Below are positions 16,157 to 28,756 of a stretch of DNA of 64,000 nt, piece by piece. The notes under the pieces were generated by a model. That model saw only the letters and a program-made list of their open reading frames with translations, was not told where the DNA came from and ran no database searches. Positions within the stretch are counted from its first letter, which is position 1. Each line of letters starts with the position of its first letter. The DNA is taken from NCBI RefSeq assembly GCF_009914755.1, contig NC_060944.1; one strand, written 5' to 3'. The stretch is from the human T2T-CHM13v2.0 reference genome, Homo sapiens. Position numbers and translations under genes: made by a program.

Positions 16157-17289
16157 GTAGGCGGGGGCGGGCGGGGGTCCCCGGCGGGCGGGGCCGGAGT
16201 CACCTGGCAGCTCGGGACTCAGGCGCTCCCGGGGTCACACGGGGCCGCGCACATCAGCCCCGCCGACGGGCACGGGCGGCTCACATCGATCCCCTCGCGG
16301 CCACGCTCACGCCCTGAGTTGTTGGGATCGCGGGCAGAAGTCATCCCGACAGCCACCCGTGCGACGACACAGTGGCCCCTCACTCGCGTCCCCCTGACAG
16401 CCTCGCAGTCATTCACAAGCCGTCACAGTGACCCACAGCCACACGCAGGCGGCCAGGCACTGCTTACACGGTCCCGCCGTCCCACGCAAGTCACCCTGAC
16501 AGTCACTTATACACAACGACACGCAACCACTCACCCGCAAACAGCCTCACCGCCACAGACGAGTCACCCACAGACGCTCCGATGCCCCACACACCGTGAC
16601 ATGCCCCCACCCGCTGTCACACCCAGGCACAACGGGGGACAGTCACACAAAGAAGTCGCCCGACAGTCACACTCTCGCAGCCACAACGCCTCACCCAGGC
16701 GCACGCTGTCACACACAGCCACCCCCCTGGACGGTGAGCCTCAGACACAGATCGTCCTGACGGCCACACAGTCACACGCGGTCACACCCAGGGACGGCCA
16801 CACCTCGGTCATCCACACTCGCGCGTCGAGGTTTAACTTCTCAGCGCCGCAGCACACTAATTGGGCAGTTTACTAATTGGCCGTCACTGCCTGGCGGGGC
16901 CTCGGATTCCGAGTAGGCTGCGGCCAATCGAGGCCTGTGTCCTCCCGGGAGCGGTGAGCCGGCGTCCCTCCAGGCTGGGGCTGTAGTGCCGGACACCCTC
17001 CCTCCTCCATGTTTCCAGGATCTATCCCCCCACCCCAGCCAGGTCCCAGCTGCGCTGCGCCGGGCGCATTCCCAGTGATGGAGGCTTGCGTGCCTGGAAC
17101 CCCGAACCCGAGGCGTCAGGTCCCACTGCCGGGTCTGGCCCAGCCTGGATGGGTTGGGTGCCTCTAAGCAGTCCGCGTCCCCTTCGGTCGCCGGAGAGGG
17201 AACTTTCAAACTTAGTTAGGAAGCCAGACTGTCCGCGCGTCCGCCAGTCGGTGCGTCGGTCCCGGGCCGGCTGGAGCCAAGCGCGGGTT

Positions 17290-17374
17290 TTCGTCACTCG
17301 GAGCCCGGATTGAACAGCGCGCGTGGGTTTCCCGCAGCCCTGGCGCAGACGCGTGGGCTCCGTGGCGATGCGGG
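17290..17374 (+). other. TOX2: Probable alternative, largely non-coding TOX2 first exon (1b)
   Basis: Second CpG-dense block ending in a consensus donor GGG|GTGAGT (17374/17375). The 5' boundary is a guess. Consistent with TOX2 isoforms that initiate translation in exon 2. Confidence 0.6.
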
Positions 17375-18762
17375 GTGAGTGCGCGTCCAGTGGCTGGATC
17401 GGCGCCCCCCAGGGTCTCTCCCCAACCTCGCAGGCTTTTCGTCAGGCCCCTGGTAGTGGGGATGAGGCAGGAGAGAGGCGTCCCGGCGCGGATCCCGGGG
17501 CCTCCCGGGCTGGGCCTCCCTGAGTGCGCCCTCAGGCCCCAGGGGAGCGGCTTCTGGCAAAGCCTCCCTGCAGTTCGCCAGGGGCAGCAAGCATCCAGGC
17601 CACTAGGGCCTGCGCGATGTGGGGCGGTGGTGGGCGACAAGTGAGGTCTCGCGAAGAGTGGCGGTGGTTCTCTTTTGTCCAGTGACCTGCAAAGTTAGAA
17701 GCCGATGAGGGGGGATGGTAGCCTCAGGAGAAGGCCGGGAGCTGCCTCCAGTCTGATGGAGGAAAATAGATTAAAAGTAGCAAGTGGAGTTTTCAGGGAG
17801 GAGAAGGTTGGGTGTGGGGGCAGCTGGTCTGTCTTCTGCCCTTGGCTTTGTTATTTTTCAAAATGTGAAGTTGGCGAGGTAGGTACCAGCCTCTGGTTTG
17901 CGGGTGTGGGTGGGCTGGGCATTTGTGCCTCAAAGTCTGAGTGGGTGGGGGTTTAGCCTGGAGCGCTCCGTTTGAGGGTGGTGTTTCTATAAATCTCGCC
18001 AGGGTGGGGCTGTCCCAAATAGGGGCCTTTGGAGGCAGGACTCAGCCGAGGCCCCTGCTTTATTCTGATGCTCTGTAAACCTCTGACTCAGCACCAGAAC
18101 CTGTGCGAATCTCGCCGGGAAGGGCCCGTCAGGGAGGGAATGAGAAGCCGGCGATTCTGGTTTCTTTCTGTGTGGGATGTAGGACCCCTGGCCCATAGCT
18201 GAGGATGTGTCCAGAGTGGGGCGGGGCAGGGATGGGGGTGGGGATGCAGCTGAGCCACTTGATAGGTGAAAGGAAGGTCTGACTTTGCACTTGGATGTGA
18301 AATCTGCTACTCAGTCCTTCAGGCTAGAGCAGGGTGAGGCGGGAGGGGAGAGGTCACTGTATTCATTTAGGGGCTAGAGGTCTTTTGGTAAGGGATTCCC
18401 AAGTGGGCATGGCCTTAGTGGTGGTGGTTGGGGGGTAGGGCCAGGCTGTGATCAGGAACTCCCCTTTTCTGGCTCAAGAAGTGGATGGGGAGGGGTTGGG
18501 GAGGGAAATGCCCAAGCTCCACCTTTACACTAGTCACTATCAAAGCTGGAGGGGAAACAGGCTCAGGGTGCAGTAGTGACCACACTTGGGGCCTGTAGGC
18601 CTGGCTGAATCCAGACATTGTGGGGTGGACACACCCACACATGGGGGGCTCTGTCCGCAGACAAGAGGCTCGTTGCACAGGGAGCCAGGCTTTATATACA
18701 TAAGGGCAAGCATTTGCCCAAGTGATGCCCGACACCTATGGGGCAGTTGACCTGGAAGGGCT

Positions 18763-18817
18763 CTTGGCGACCGTCCCCTTGGCGACCATCCCCTTGGCGA
18801 CTGTCCCCTTAGCGATC
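18763..18817. repeat. 15-bp tandem repeat, about 3.7 copies (CTTGGCGACYRTCCC)
   Basis: Units start at 18763, 18778, 18793 and 18808 (partial). Confidence 0.9.
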
Positions 18818-18825
18818 CTCTACAC

Positions 18826-19107
18826 AGAGATTCCCAGCCTCTTTAAACCAAAGTCACGAACATTGGTTGTTCTTTTGGTATCTTTTGTTTGAGAAAATGC
18901 ACACTAATGAAAAGCTGTTATGGTTTTATTTTTGCTTTGAAATAGATGTGTATTTTATTAAACACAATATTAGCATGCATTAGAAAAATAGCTTAACAGG
19001 TATGAAGAAGACTCATTACTATTTAATGTAATAAAGGTGCTTTTTGAGCATAGGGATTTGTGGCCCCATGGCTCCCAGGATCTGTGGCTCCATGCTGGGA
19101 ACCATTG
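18826..19107. mobile_element. hAT-Charlie-like MITE
   Basis: Imperfect TIRs CAGAGATTCCCAGC / GCTGGGAACCATTG around an AT-rich core. Confidence 0.5.
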
Positions 19108-19474
19108 GTCTCCTCCTTCTTTGCATTACAGAAGGGGAAACTGAGTCACAGAGGAGTGTAACTCACAGATTACACAGCAAGTAAGGAACAAAGATGAGGC
19201 CTGAGCCCAGGTTTGACTCCCAGCAGGACACTTGTTTGGCTTTTTTGCAAGTCTCTGTCATGGTTCAGGGGTTTAGAGCCTGTAACATCTTTCTTAGGGT
19301 AACTATGAACTCCTGGTTCAGATTTTGGCAAGGCATCTTACCAGGCTGGGGGACAGCTGGGGGATCCCTGCTCAACTATGGCAGACTAGTGTAAACTAGC
19401 CATCAGAACTGGGCAAGCCTGGGTTCAAATGTCCATTTGTTGCTTAGTGACCTAGGGCAAATGATTTTTAGCTC

Positions 19475-19990
19475 ATTTTTTACTGAGATGTGATTTACAT
19501 ACAATAACATGAAGATTTTAAGTGTACAGTTCCATGAGTTTTGATAAATATTAACACTCATGTAACCAGCATCCCAGTCCAGATAGAGAACATTTCCGTC
19601 ATCCCAGGAAGTTCCCTCACATCCCTTTATAGACAGCACGCCTTATCCCCACCTCCAGAGGCAACTACTTACCTGATTTCTGTTACCAATGCTTTCTTTA
19701 AGTTCAATTTAGGTATATTAACCATGCTTAAGTTCTAGAACTTGATATGCAGCATAAACATTTGTGTGTCTGTCTTCTTTTTGCTCAATGTAATGTCTTC
19801 AACATTCATCCACGATGTTGTATATATCCATAGTTTGTTCCATTTAATTGCTGAGTAATATTATATTGTATAAATATAATACAATTGGTTTATCCATTCA
19901 CCTGCAGGTGGACATTTGGGTTTGTTTCCAAGTTGGAGCTATTATAAGTAAAGCTACTGTGAACATTCTTATACAAGTCTTTTTGTGGGC
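19475..19990 (-). mobile_element. L1M 3' end inserted into a MIR
   Basis: Antisense L1MB/MC-type 3' UTR; MIR pieces on both sides (19400-19470 and 19995-20130). Confidence 0.7.
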
Positions 19991-20624
19991 GGGGAAAATC
20001 ATTTAATATCTCTGAGTCTTGGTGTTCTCTCAAAGACAACATTGCCTACCTCTGAGTTTCAGGACGGTTAAGTGAGGTGATACAGGTTAGGACAGTTATT
20101 GGCACATACCAGCTACTAATTAGATAACAACAATATCAACCATCTGGGGCCCATTCCAGGAAGAGGCTTAGCATCTCCGTTCCAGCATCCTTCGTCCCTG
20201 GACTGAAGGGATGAAGGCCTTCATCAAGGCCAACCTGGGTACCACCTTCCCCATGTGGTGCTTCACAGCCAGCAAACTTCTCTTTCTTTCCAGGCTTCCC
20301 CAAGAACTGATACTGCATAGGATGTGGCATGTTCTGCCATCCATCATTCTACCAAAAATATTTATTGAGCACTTCTTGGTGCTAGGCACTGTGCACAGCA
20401 ACTGATGCTGCAGCAGTGAACAAAAGTCACTCAAATCACTGCCCTCTGGAGCTTATTTATCAGTGTGGGAAGTCATAAATATATGGGTGAAATATATGGT
20501 ATCATGATTGATGGGAATATGACTTTTGGAGAAAAATGGAACAGGAAAGAGAGTTGGGAGTCCCAAGGCCTGGGGCTGGTTTGTGATTGTTAAATAGGGA
20601 AGTTGAGGAAGGCCTTGTGGTCTA

Positions 20625-21275
20625 GAATAGTGTTTCTCAAATCTATGTACACATGAAGAATCAGCTGGCAAGATTTTTTTTAAATTTTATTTTAAGTTCC
20701 AGGATACATGTGCAGGATGTGTATATTTGTTACATAGGTAAACGTCTGCCATGGTGGTTTGCTACACCTATGAACCCATCACCTAGGAGTTAAGCCCCGC
20801 ATGCATTAGCTATTTATCCTGATGCTCTCACTCCCTCCCTCCCCCCGGCACTTGACAGGCCCCGGTGTGTGTTGTTCCCCTCCCTGTGTCCATGTGTTCT
20901 CATTGTTCAGCTCCCACTTATAAGTGAGAACATGCGGTGTTTGGTTTTCTGTTCCTATGTTAATTTGCTGAGGATAATGGCTTCCAGCTCCATCCATGCC
21001 ACTGCAAAGGACATGATCTTGTTCCTTTTTATGGCTGCATAGTATTCCATGGTGTATGTGTACCACATTCTCTTTATCCAGGTTAACACTGATGGACATT
21101 TGGGTTGATTCCGTGTCTTTTGTCTGGCGAGATTGTAAAAACAGATTCTTGGGCTCCACCCCCAGAGATTGGATTCAGTTGGTCTGGCATGGGGTCCTAG
21201 GAATTTGCATGTCTAATGAGCTACCCAGGTGTTGTTACTGCTGATCCAAGGACCACACTTTGTGTAGCAGTTGTT
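20625..21275. mobile_element. MER5A split by an L1PA insertion
   Basis: MER5A halves at 20625-20675 and 21124-21275. Confidence 0.7.
20676..21123 (-). mobile_element. 5'-truncated L1PA (3' UTR, ~450 bp)
   Basis: Primate L1 3' UTR (CCCACTTATAAGTGAGAACATGCGGTGTTTGG); TSD CTGGCRAGATT at 20665-20675 and 21124-21134. Confidence 0.9.
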
Positions 21276-22824
21276 TGGTTGTTTGTGTACAGGCTTTTGT
21301 GGGCTCCTGGCAGGCAGGAATTCTGCCCAGCACCTGGCATCGTGCCTGACTCATAATTGCTCAGTAAATATGTGCTGGTGGGTGAAGGATTCAACTTCCC
21401 ACCCACACAGCTCTGGGCACAGCATCTTGTAAGGATGAGATCTGGACAAGCTTGGTTAATGAATGATTGAGGACTCTTTTTGACAAAAATTCATGAAGTG
21501 GGGTTAAACTATGGACTTGATCTGGACTTGACCTATGTGAGGCCTGCCCGGCATACTTGGTGGGTGAGATTCCCACAGCTCCTTTCTTCAGGGGCACAGG
21601 TGGCTGCTAATGGGTCCCATGGAAGGTACCCTGGGATGGGTGGGCTTAGAGCTGAGATGGCTGGTCCCAGGGAACGCTAGATGGATGTCTGCATCTCTGC
21701 TAGGAAGCTCTCATTTACTTTCCATCTAAACATGCTCCCTATAGCTCCTCCCCCAACCTGTGCTGGAGGCTCCTCCAGGAAGGACCCCAGGATGTTTGCA
21801 TGGCAGGACCAGCAGCCCAAGCCTGGCACTGCTGCCCCCGATCTGCTGGGTGACCTTGAGCCTGTCAGCACCCTTCTTTGGGCCTCTGTTTCCCTGTGTG
21901 CAAAGGGAAGGCAAACCGGTGACCATCAGCCTAGAGGGATGGTGTGGGGGTGGAAATATAATGAAATAAAGGCTGGGAATGTCATTTCTAACTGTGGAGG
22001 GTGCACTGGGAGGGAATGCTGGTGGGAATGGTGCTTTTTGAGGAGATGGGCCTGCTATCCTTCAGAGGACAGGAACCACTGTGTCTGCCTTTACTTTTGT
22101 ATTCCCAGCGCTAGCCTGACACATAGATGCTCAGCAAATATTTGCTGAATGAATGAATGAATCTAGGGCTTGGCAGTTGTAACCTGTGGCTTGAGGAACT
22201 TAGCATCTGTTTGGCTGTTGTCATCTGAAGACTTTGTGGGGCACAAGGAGCCAGGGCAGGACCCCGCAGAGGCACAGAGTCTTTGGCGGACCTTCCATTC
22301 CTAGAGGAGCTTCCCCAAGTGGGCTCGGAGGACAGAGCCTGGCACACAGAGCAGCCTGTAGGCGGGAAGAGGAGCTGAGCCTGCATGAAGGACAAGGTCC
22401 TGTGCCTCCCTCTTGGTCCAGCAGTCCCCCTGCTGTGTGGCTCCTTGCCCCATGTGATTCTGTAGGGCAATCTATTTTGCTTCTCTGATTTCCTAGAGTT
22501 GGTCTCAGGATATGAAGGCATCATGGATTCTGGAACCTGGCAGACTTGGGTTTGAACACTGCCTTCACCACCATCAGGGCAGGCAAGTTATTTAACCTCC
22601 CTGGACTCAGTCTCCTCATCTGTAAAATGGGGACATTGACATCTCCCCTTTGGAGCTTGAGGGTTGGAGACCATGTATGTGTAGCACTTGGCCCCAGCAG
22701 GAAATGCTTTCATTTTCATCCACAAAGAGCAGCCCAACTGAAAGTTAAAATGCGAGAGGAACTTGCTTTTCTGTACCAGCTGCTGGAGGATGCTCCACAG
22801 CTGCCCCGCCATGTTCTTCTTCTT

Positions 22825-22989
22825 CTTCTTTTTTTTTTTCTAGAGACACAGTCTTGCTCTCTTGCCCAGGATGGAGTGCAGTGGTACAATCATAGCTCAG
22901 TGTAGCCTCAAACTCCTGGGCTCAAATGATCCTTCTGCTTTGGCCTCTCGAAGCGCTGGGACTGCAGGCATGAGCCACCACTTCTGGCC
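22825..22989 (-). mobile_element. Alu monomer (FRAM/FAM-like)
   Basis: Single antisense Alu arm with a (CTT)n/T tail. Confidence 0.8.
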
Positions 22990-23366
22990 CTGGGCTGCTG
23001 GCAGTCCCAACGCTGGATGCTTCCATGTCTTGATCCCTAGACCTGATTTTCCTGAGCCTCTGGGTTGAAGGAGCCTCTTATTGGAGTGTCCAGGATTATG
23101 AATTGGGAGAGAGTTGCTCATTTCCTCCACCTTCTGTTACCTTCTTGAATCTGTGCAGCAGAGAAAGTGGGTTTTGGAGGCAGAGAAATTGGTTCAAATC
23201 ACAGCTGCCCAGTCCACTGGCTTGGGCAGGTGACCTCATGCACATCACTTAGATGTTCAGGTCTCAGTTTTCTTATCTGTACAAGGGGACAGAAATGCCT
23301 GCCTTCTATTGTTGCTGCAAAGATCAGATTAAAGTAATAGGTATGGAAATTCTGTCTAATCTAGAA

Positions 23367-23555
23367 TGATGTTTCCCAGCCTCGGCGCTATTGACATTTT
23401 GGACCTAATAACATTGTTGTGGGAGTTGCTGCATGCATTGCGGAATGTTTAGTCCTATCCCTGGCCCCTACCTAGTAGATGCCAAGAGCATCACCCTGCC
23501 CCCAGTCGTGACAACAAAAATGTCTCCAGACTTTGCCCCTGGTTGAGAACCAGTG
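23367..23555. mobile_element. MER20 (hAT-Charlie)
   Basis: CTATTGACATTTTGG...GTGACAACAAAAATGTCTCCAGAC...TGGTTGAGAACCAGTG. Confidence 0.8.
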
Positions 23556-24548
23556 ATGTGGGAAGAAAGTTTAGCGCAGGTAAACTAGAAGATGGTGGTG
23601 AAGCGAATTGCAGCACCACAGCAGGGACCGTGCTTTCTGGCCAGGGCTTCAGTCCACTGTCTCCCTTCAGTAATCCTGTATCCACAGGGTTGACAGTCAT
23701 CTTATTTACATGGATTCAAACCTACAGGATGATTTTTCAGCATGGTTTGGGAGCAACAGTAAAAACATATGGTAAGTGATTATTAACCTAATGAGTTGTG
23801 GTAAATTGTAATTTTATATCTTAATGAAATGATGTTGTATGACACAGGATAATACATTTTGATCAATTTCCCTGATATTTAAAACTTGCTGCCGTACAGT
23901 TGCTAATTCTGGTGCCTGCCAGGATGAGCAACCTGATTGTGGTTTTTCAATATTTAATGGCCTGTTTACTGCTGGGTTTCTCAGATGTTCAACAGGTTTT
24001 TATTGAGTGCCTACTGGGTGCTGGGGATTCAGCCCTGTCCTGGAGGCTCAGTAACTCCAGAGGAAAGTTTTATTTACTGGGTGAATGGCTATGTGGATTT
24101 GTAATCAATTGGCTTAAAATGCAGAGTAATAATTAAATATAAAATTGGCTGAGCAGTGCCAATGTCGGGAGTGTGGGAAGGTTTCACAATGGCAGTCTTA
24201 CAGGAATGCCAGGTGGGCTGCCTGGGGGCATGTAGAGTGGTGGGGGGGTGTTCCAGGCAGAGGGAGCAGCCATTGTAGGGGTGCTTTGGGGATACTGTCA
24301 GCCTAAGGAGGGGAAACCTGCCTGCGTGGGAGTTGGGACACCAGCAGAGATGGTTATGAAGAGCCTTGCACCCCAGCCTGTGGGGCTTTAAGTAGAGGAC
24401 TGTGCCTGGAACCAGGGGTACGGTGCACAAGTATGGAATGCATCACATTGCTGGATTCTGACCATCCTCAACGACTGTCTCTTGGTCTTCTGCTGATGGG
24501 AAAGTCTAATGACTTGCATTTGATTTCCCCCAGTAGCCCATGATAGAT

Positions 24549-24729
24549 ACTCTGCTTCTCAAACTTTAGCCCACCAGAATCACCTGGAGCACAGTTAAAA
24601 CAGACTGCTGTGTTCCACTCCCAGAAGTTCTGACTCAGCAGGCCTGGGGAGGAGCTGAAAGTTAGCACTACTAGCAAGTCGATGGTGCTGATGGTGCCAG
24701 TCTGGGATCCACACTTAGAGAACCTCTGG
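24549..24729. mobile_element. MER5A-like MITE
   Basis: TTCTCAAACTTTAG..CAGAATCACCTGG...CCACACTTAGAGAACC. Confidence 0.7.
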
Positions 24730-27700
24730 TCTAGACTAGAACGTGGCAGGATTGTCCTGCCTTAACTGAGGACAGTAGAGATGTATTGCTGGCCTGGGGC
24801 ATGGAGCCCTGGTGTGGACATGGTTAGGTGTCCTTCTCAAGCCCCTTGGTGGGTTGTGGGGAGAGTCTTCTTCACCATGGGGAAAGTCTCACATTGGGTT
24901 GCCTGGAAAAGGACTCTGAGATGGAGAGTTGCTCGTGGAAGGTTTATGTGGGGAAGTTCTCTGCGGTGAGGTGGGCGGAAGGGGTGCACCTGCAGGGGAC
25001 ACAGGAGGAAACGTGCTTGGGCCGGGGAGAAGCTGGCCTGGCCTGACCTGTGGTTCTGAAGAACGCCATCCCACAGGGAGCTGTGGCGCTAAGGTGGCTC
25101 TTTAGTGTTGCCCCAGATGGAGGTGAGGGGACTGCCCAAGCCTTTGATTTCTGCATCATCTGGTCATTTCAGCATAAGTGAGAGGCCTAAAAATGAACAG
25201 CAGGCAGTTCCCTTGGGTGAAGAAGTTCACTGCAGTAGAGGGCAGTCCCATTGAAGGGCGAGCTGCAAGCCCAGCCGCTGATATTCCTGAGGTTGGGGGA
25301 TGAGCATATGGAAGAGGGCTGGAGAGTACCACTGTGACCATCTCAGGGAGATTTCCCAGGAAATCAAGGGCCAGCATGTGGATGACTTTTAGTGACGGTC
25401 ACTCACTTGCTCAAGGTTCTTCTTTGTCTCATGAAGTGAGAGAGATGTGTCATCTGCTCTGCGTAGGAAAGGCAGGATAGTTACTTTTTGGGTCCAAGGG
25501 AAGACAAATGGTAATTAATGGAGTTTTTAGGGGCTCAAAGATGCTCTTAGATGCTCCAGGGTGGGATTCCAGAGTCCTTGCACTGAGCTGTCACATATCT
25601 TCCTGTGTGTTAGGGAGGACTCCAGATGGGTCTCCAAGGAGCTTCTGGGCCATGCTTAAGGAGGTCACCTCTGGGCAAGAGCCAGGGCTTTCTCTTTGGG
25701 CTGGAGTCCTGTCTAGTTCAACAAGAGGCCATCTGCCCTGCCCAGCCTCAATGCAGGTCAGTGTTTCTGGCTTTGCCTTTCACCATCACTGAGCTCCCAG
25801 GAAGCTCAGAGGCAAAGGAGGGGTCACCTGTAGCCATAACATAGGCTGCTGTGGTGTGGCTACTGTTCATTAACTCACTCCCAACTGCACCTCATTTTTC
25901 TACCATTTTCCTCTTTATCTTGAGTCCTGCCACTGTTTTATTTTTTAAAAATTGATTTTGCTCTTTGTAAGACACACAGAAGTATTTTAGAAGAGGAAAG
26001 ACACAAGTGAAGTCCCTCTCACTCTCTGTCCCTCTCCCTTCTCCACACACAGCCCTGTGTCCCGGGGTGTCCACTGAAAAGGGAGTGGAGGGTGTACTTC
26101 CCATCAAACCCTTTCTTCAGTTCCTTACTTTTAATACATTCGTTGTTTTTATTTCTGGAATCATTTTTTTATTTTCCCAGAATTCTGAGTTTCTTGATTG
26201 ATCTCATATCATCGTGGTCTATTCTTCTTTTATGGATATGTGACTATCTTGAATCTCTTTGAAGATGGTAATTCGATTTTTAAAAAAGTGGTCTTTTGTT
26301 TCCTGCATTTAACTCTGTTTTATTGGTGATTCTTCTGTTCACTTTTAGGCCTCTCTTTTATGCTGATATTTTCTACAAATGCCTGGTGATTCTCGGTTGA
26401 CATTTAAATTTGTAAATGGGAGGGGGGCATCTAGATCTGTTCTGTGGTTGTGAGTTTCCTCAACATGGGTGAAAGCCGTGACTGCGTGGGTGGGCAGGGT
26501 GGATGTTGAGTAGAAACGCTCTGTGTGTGGTGTGTGAGTGCAGACTCTATTGCGGTGTGGGATGAGCCTACGAAGTCCTTGGGGGCCTCTTTGTCCCTCG
26601 GGTAGGCCAGCAGTTACCCCCAGGGCGCTGGTGCACTTTTTCCAGCCTTGTGCTCACCCGCAGGAGGGAGTCTCCCAGGCAGATTTCTCATTTCAATTAG
26701 AGAATTCTTCTGGTTGGCATTAGCCTGGGGGCAAAACCAACAAACAGCTTCTCCCAGGGCTTTGGACGGGCACAGGGGTCCCAGCGCAGGCTTCCTCTCT
26801 CTGGGAATGTTCTGGGGTTCAGTTAGGTGTTGGGTGCCGGTTCCTTAGTGCTCACAGGCTTCGCTGTCAGTCTGTTTCTTTGACTTCTTAGTTTCTAGCA
26901 GTCTCATAACGTTTCTGATCCCAGCCTTTTCCTATTTTCTTATGTGCCTTAAGTTTTCCTAAGAACTATGCTGGGCACATTTGTCCCCATTTTTTTAGGT
27001 GAGAAGACTGAGGTCCAGATGAATCAAGTAACAGAAGGGTGGCAGAGGGGGCTGTTAGGCAGAGCTGGAATTTGGCCCGAGCTTGCTCTGCAGCTGTCAG
27101 GGTGCCAGGGGGAGCTCACTTCCTCCTGCTGCAGGGGTGGAAGAGTGTATCACTGGCTCCTTGTCCTAGAGTGCTTTTTACATTACAGCTAATTAAAATG
27201 TGCTTATTTCGAAGCTGGGCCTGATTTGCAGGAATGATTTAGAAACTTGTCGGAAATGAATCGACTCAGTAGTAGTATAACCCAGGGTCAATGCCACGCA
27301 TATATTTTATTGTTTCATCATGCTGTGTTTTGGCTTGAACTGAACTTTATGATGTGGAAGATGGACCCTGGGCCCTTTATGTCTCATTTATTCTGCAAAT
27401 ATTTCCTGTTTACATTATTTAGGAAGGTCTCCCACCCCCACTCCCATGCTTTCTCTGTTCTCTATGTCCACCTGAGATGGAAGTTCATTTTTATGCAAAT
27501 CCAGATGTTGGATCCAAATGTGACTTTGAGTTTGATGGAAGTGCCTGGGTTCGTATCCTGACACTTATAAGCTGTATGACTTTGGACCTGTCACTTAGCC
27601 TCTCTGAGTCGTGGTTTCCTCACATAATCACAATTGCATCTCAGGTTGGTGGTTAGGTCTGTGGGAGAGCAAGTAAGTCTTCCCCTCCCTCATTTCTTCC

Positions 27701-28622
27701 TCCAGGCACTGTTTAGGTGAACCGAGCCCTCTGTAGAACAGCGAGCATAGACCCTATACTAGGTTTTAGTGCCTTTATACACTGTACAGTCTAAGGAGCT
27801 TTTCAGTTCAGGATCGGTGTAGCGCTTGTTCCCATTGGGGCTGTCTCTTTTCTCTCCTGTATCAGTTCCCTTCTTTCTCATTGCAATTCCCACAGGGAGT
27901 TTTTAAGGACCAATGAAACATTCAGACTCACAAGATGAACACAGGGGACACTTGGCACCAGTCTCCTCGAAAGATTTGGGACACAGCCTGACACAGCCTG
28001 CCAGCAAGGCACGTGAGCTGTTCTCTTCTGCACAAGTAATTCTTGCAACAGTCTCCGCAGTGGTCCACGAAGGTGGCCAGGAGCTATTCTCTTTGCTGCC
28101 CCCTCCCTCCCAGGATCTAGTTCAAGTGCAAAGGAATGAGATACACAATGGGTGGCTGTGGAAGCCACCCTGGCTTAGAAGCCTTATTGTCCCAGCTGCC
28201 ATATCCATTGTAACAATTCCGTAGGCTTAGCTTCAAGGACCCAGGGACATGTCAGGTACAAATTTCTCTGCATCTAGGAAAACCCAAATTATGGCTTCTT
28301 TTTCAGATATTTATAACTTATTTATAGTTCCTCCCAGTTCAAATGCAACTTACCAATCAGGGGTCATTTTTACCATAAGCAGAGTTGCCTGGTAACATAG
28401 TTAACGTCCCACTTTCCTCAGGTTTCCAGGGGAGTTATGCTCCGCAATTAACAAAGGTGAAATTCTCTTGCAACAAGGAAAAGGGTTTGGTTAACCCTTT
28501 CCCCCATATTCATCATCCTACTTTTTTCCCCTGTGGGCTGGTATTTTTGGCATCTCTTTTGGAAGGACGAATGGAGTCCTCAGAAATATATTCCACACTG
28601 TGTACATTTTCTGATGATCTAT

Positions 28623-28625
<3 letters not shown>

Positions 28626-28678
<53 letters not shown>
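28626..28678. repeat. (AC)26 microsatellite
   Basis: Read directly. Confidence 0.95.
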
Positions 28679-28679
<1 letters not shown>

Positions 28680-28756
28680 CATGAGATATGCTTTGGAGTC
28701 ATACTGGCCTGGGATCAAATCTTGGCTCTTGGCTTTGCCACCTATGAAGAGTTAAT

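Larger units (their letters stand above)
15530..17720. promoter_or_regulatory. CpG island, TOX2 promoter
   Basis: Very high GC and CpG density compared with the CpG-depleted flanks; spans exons 1a and 1b. Confidence 0.92.
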
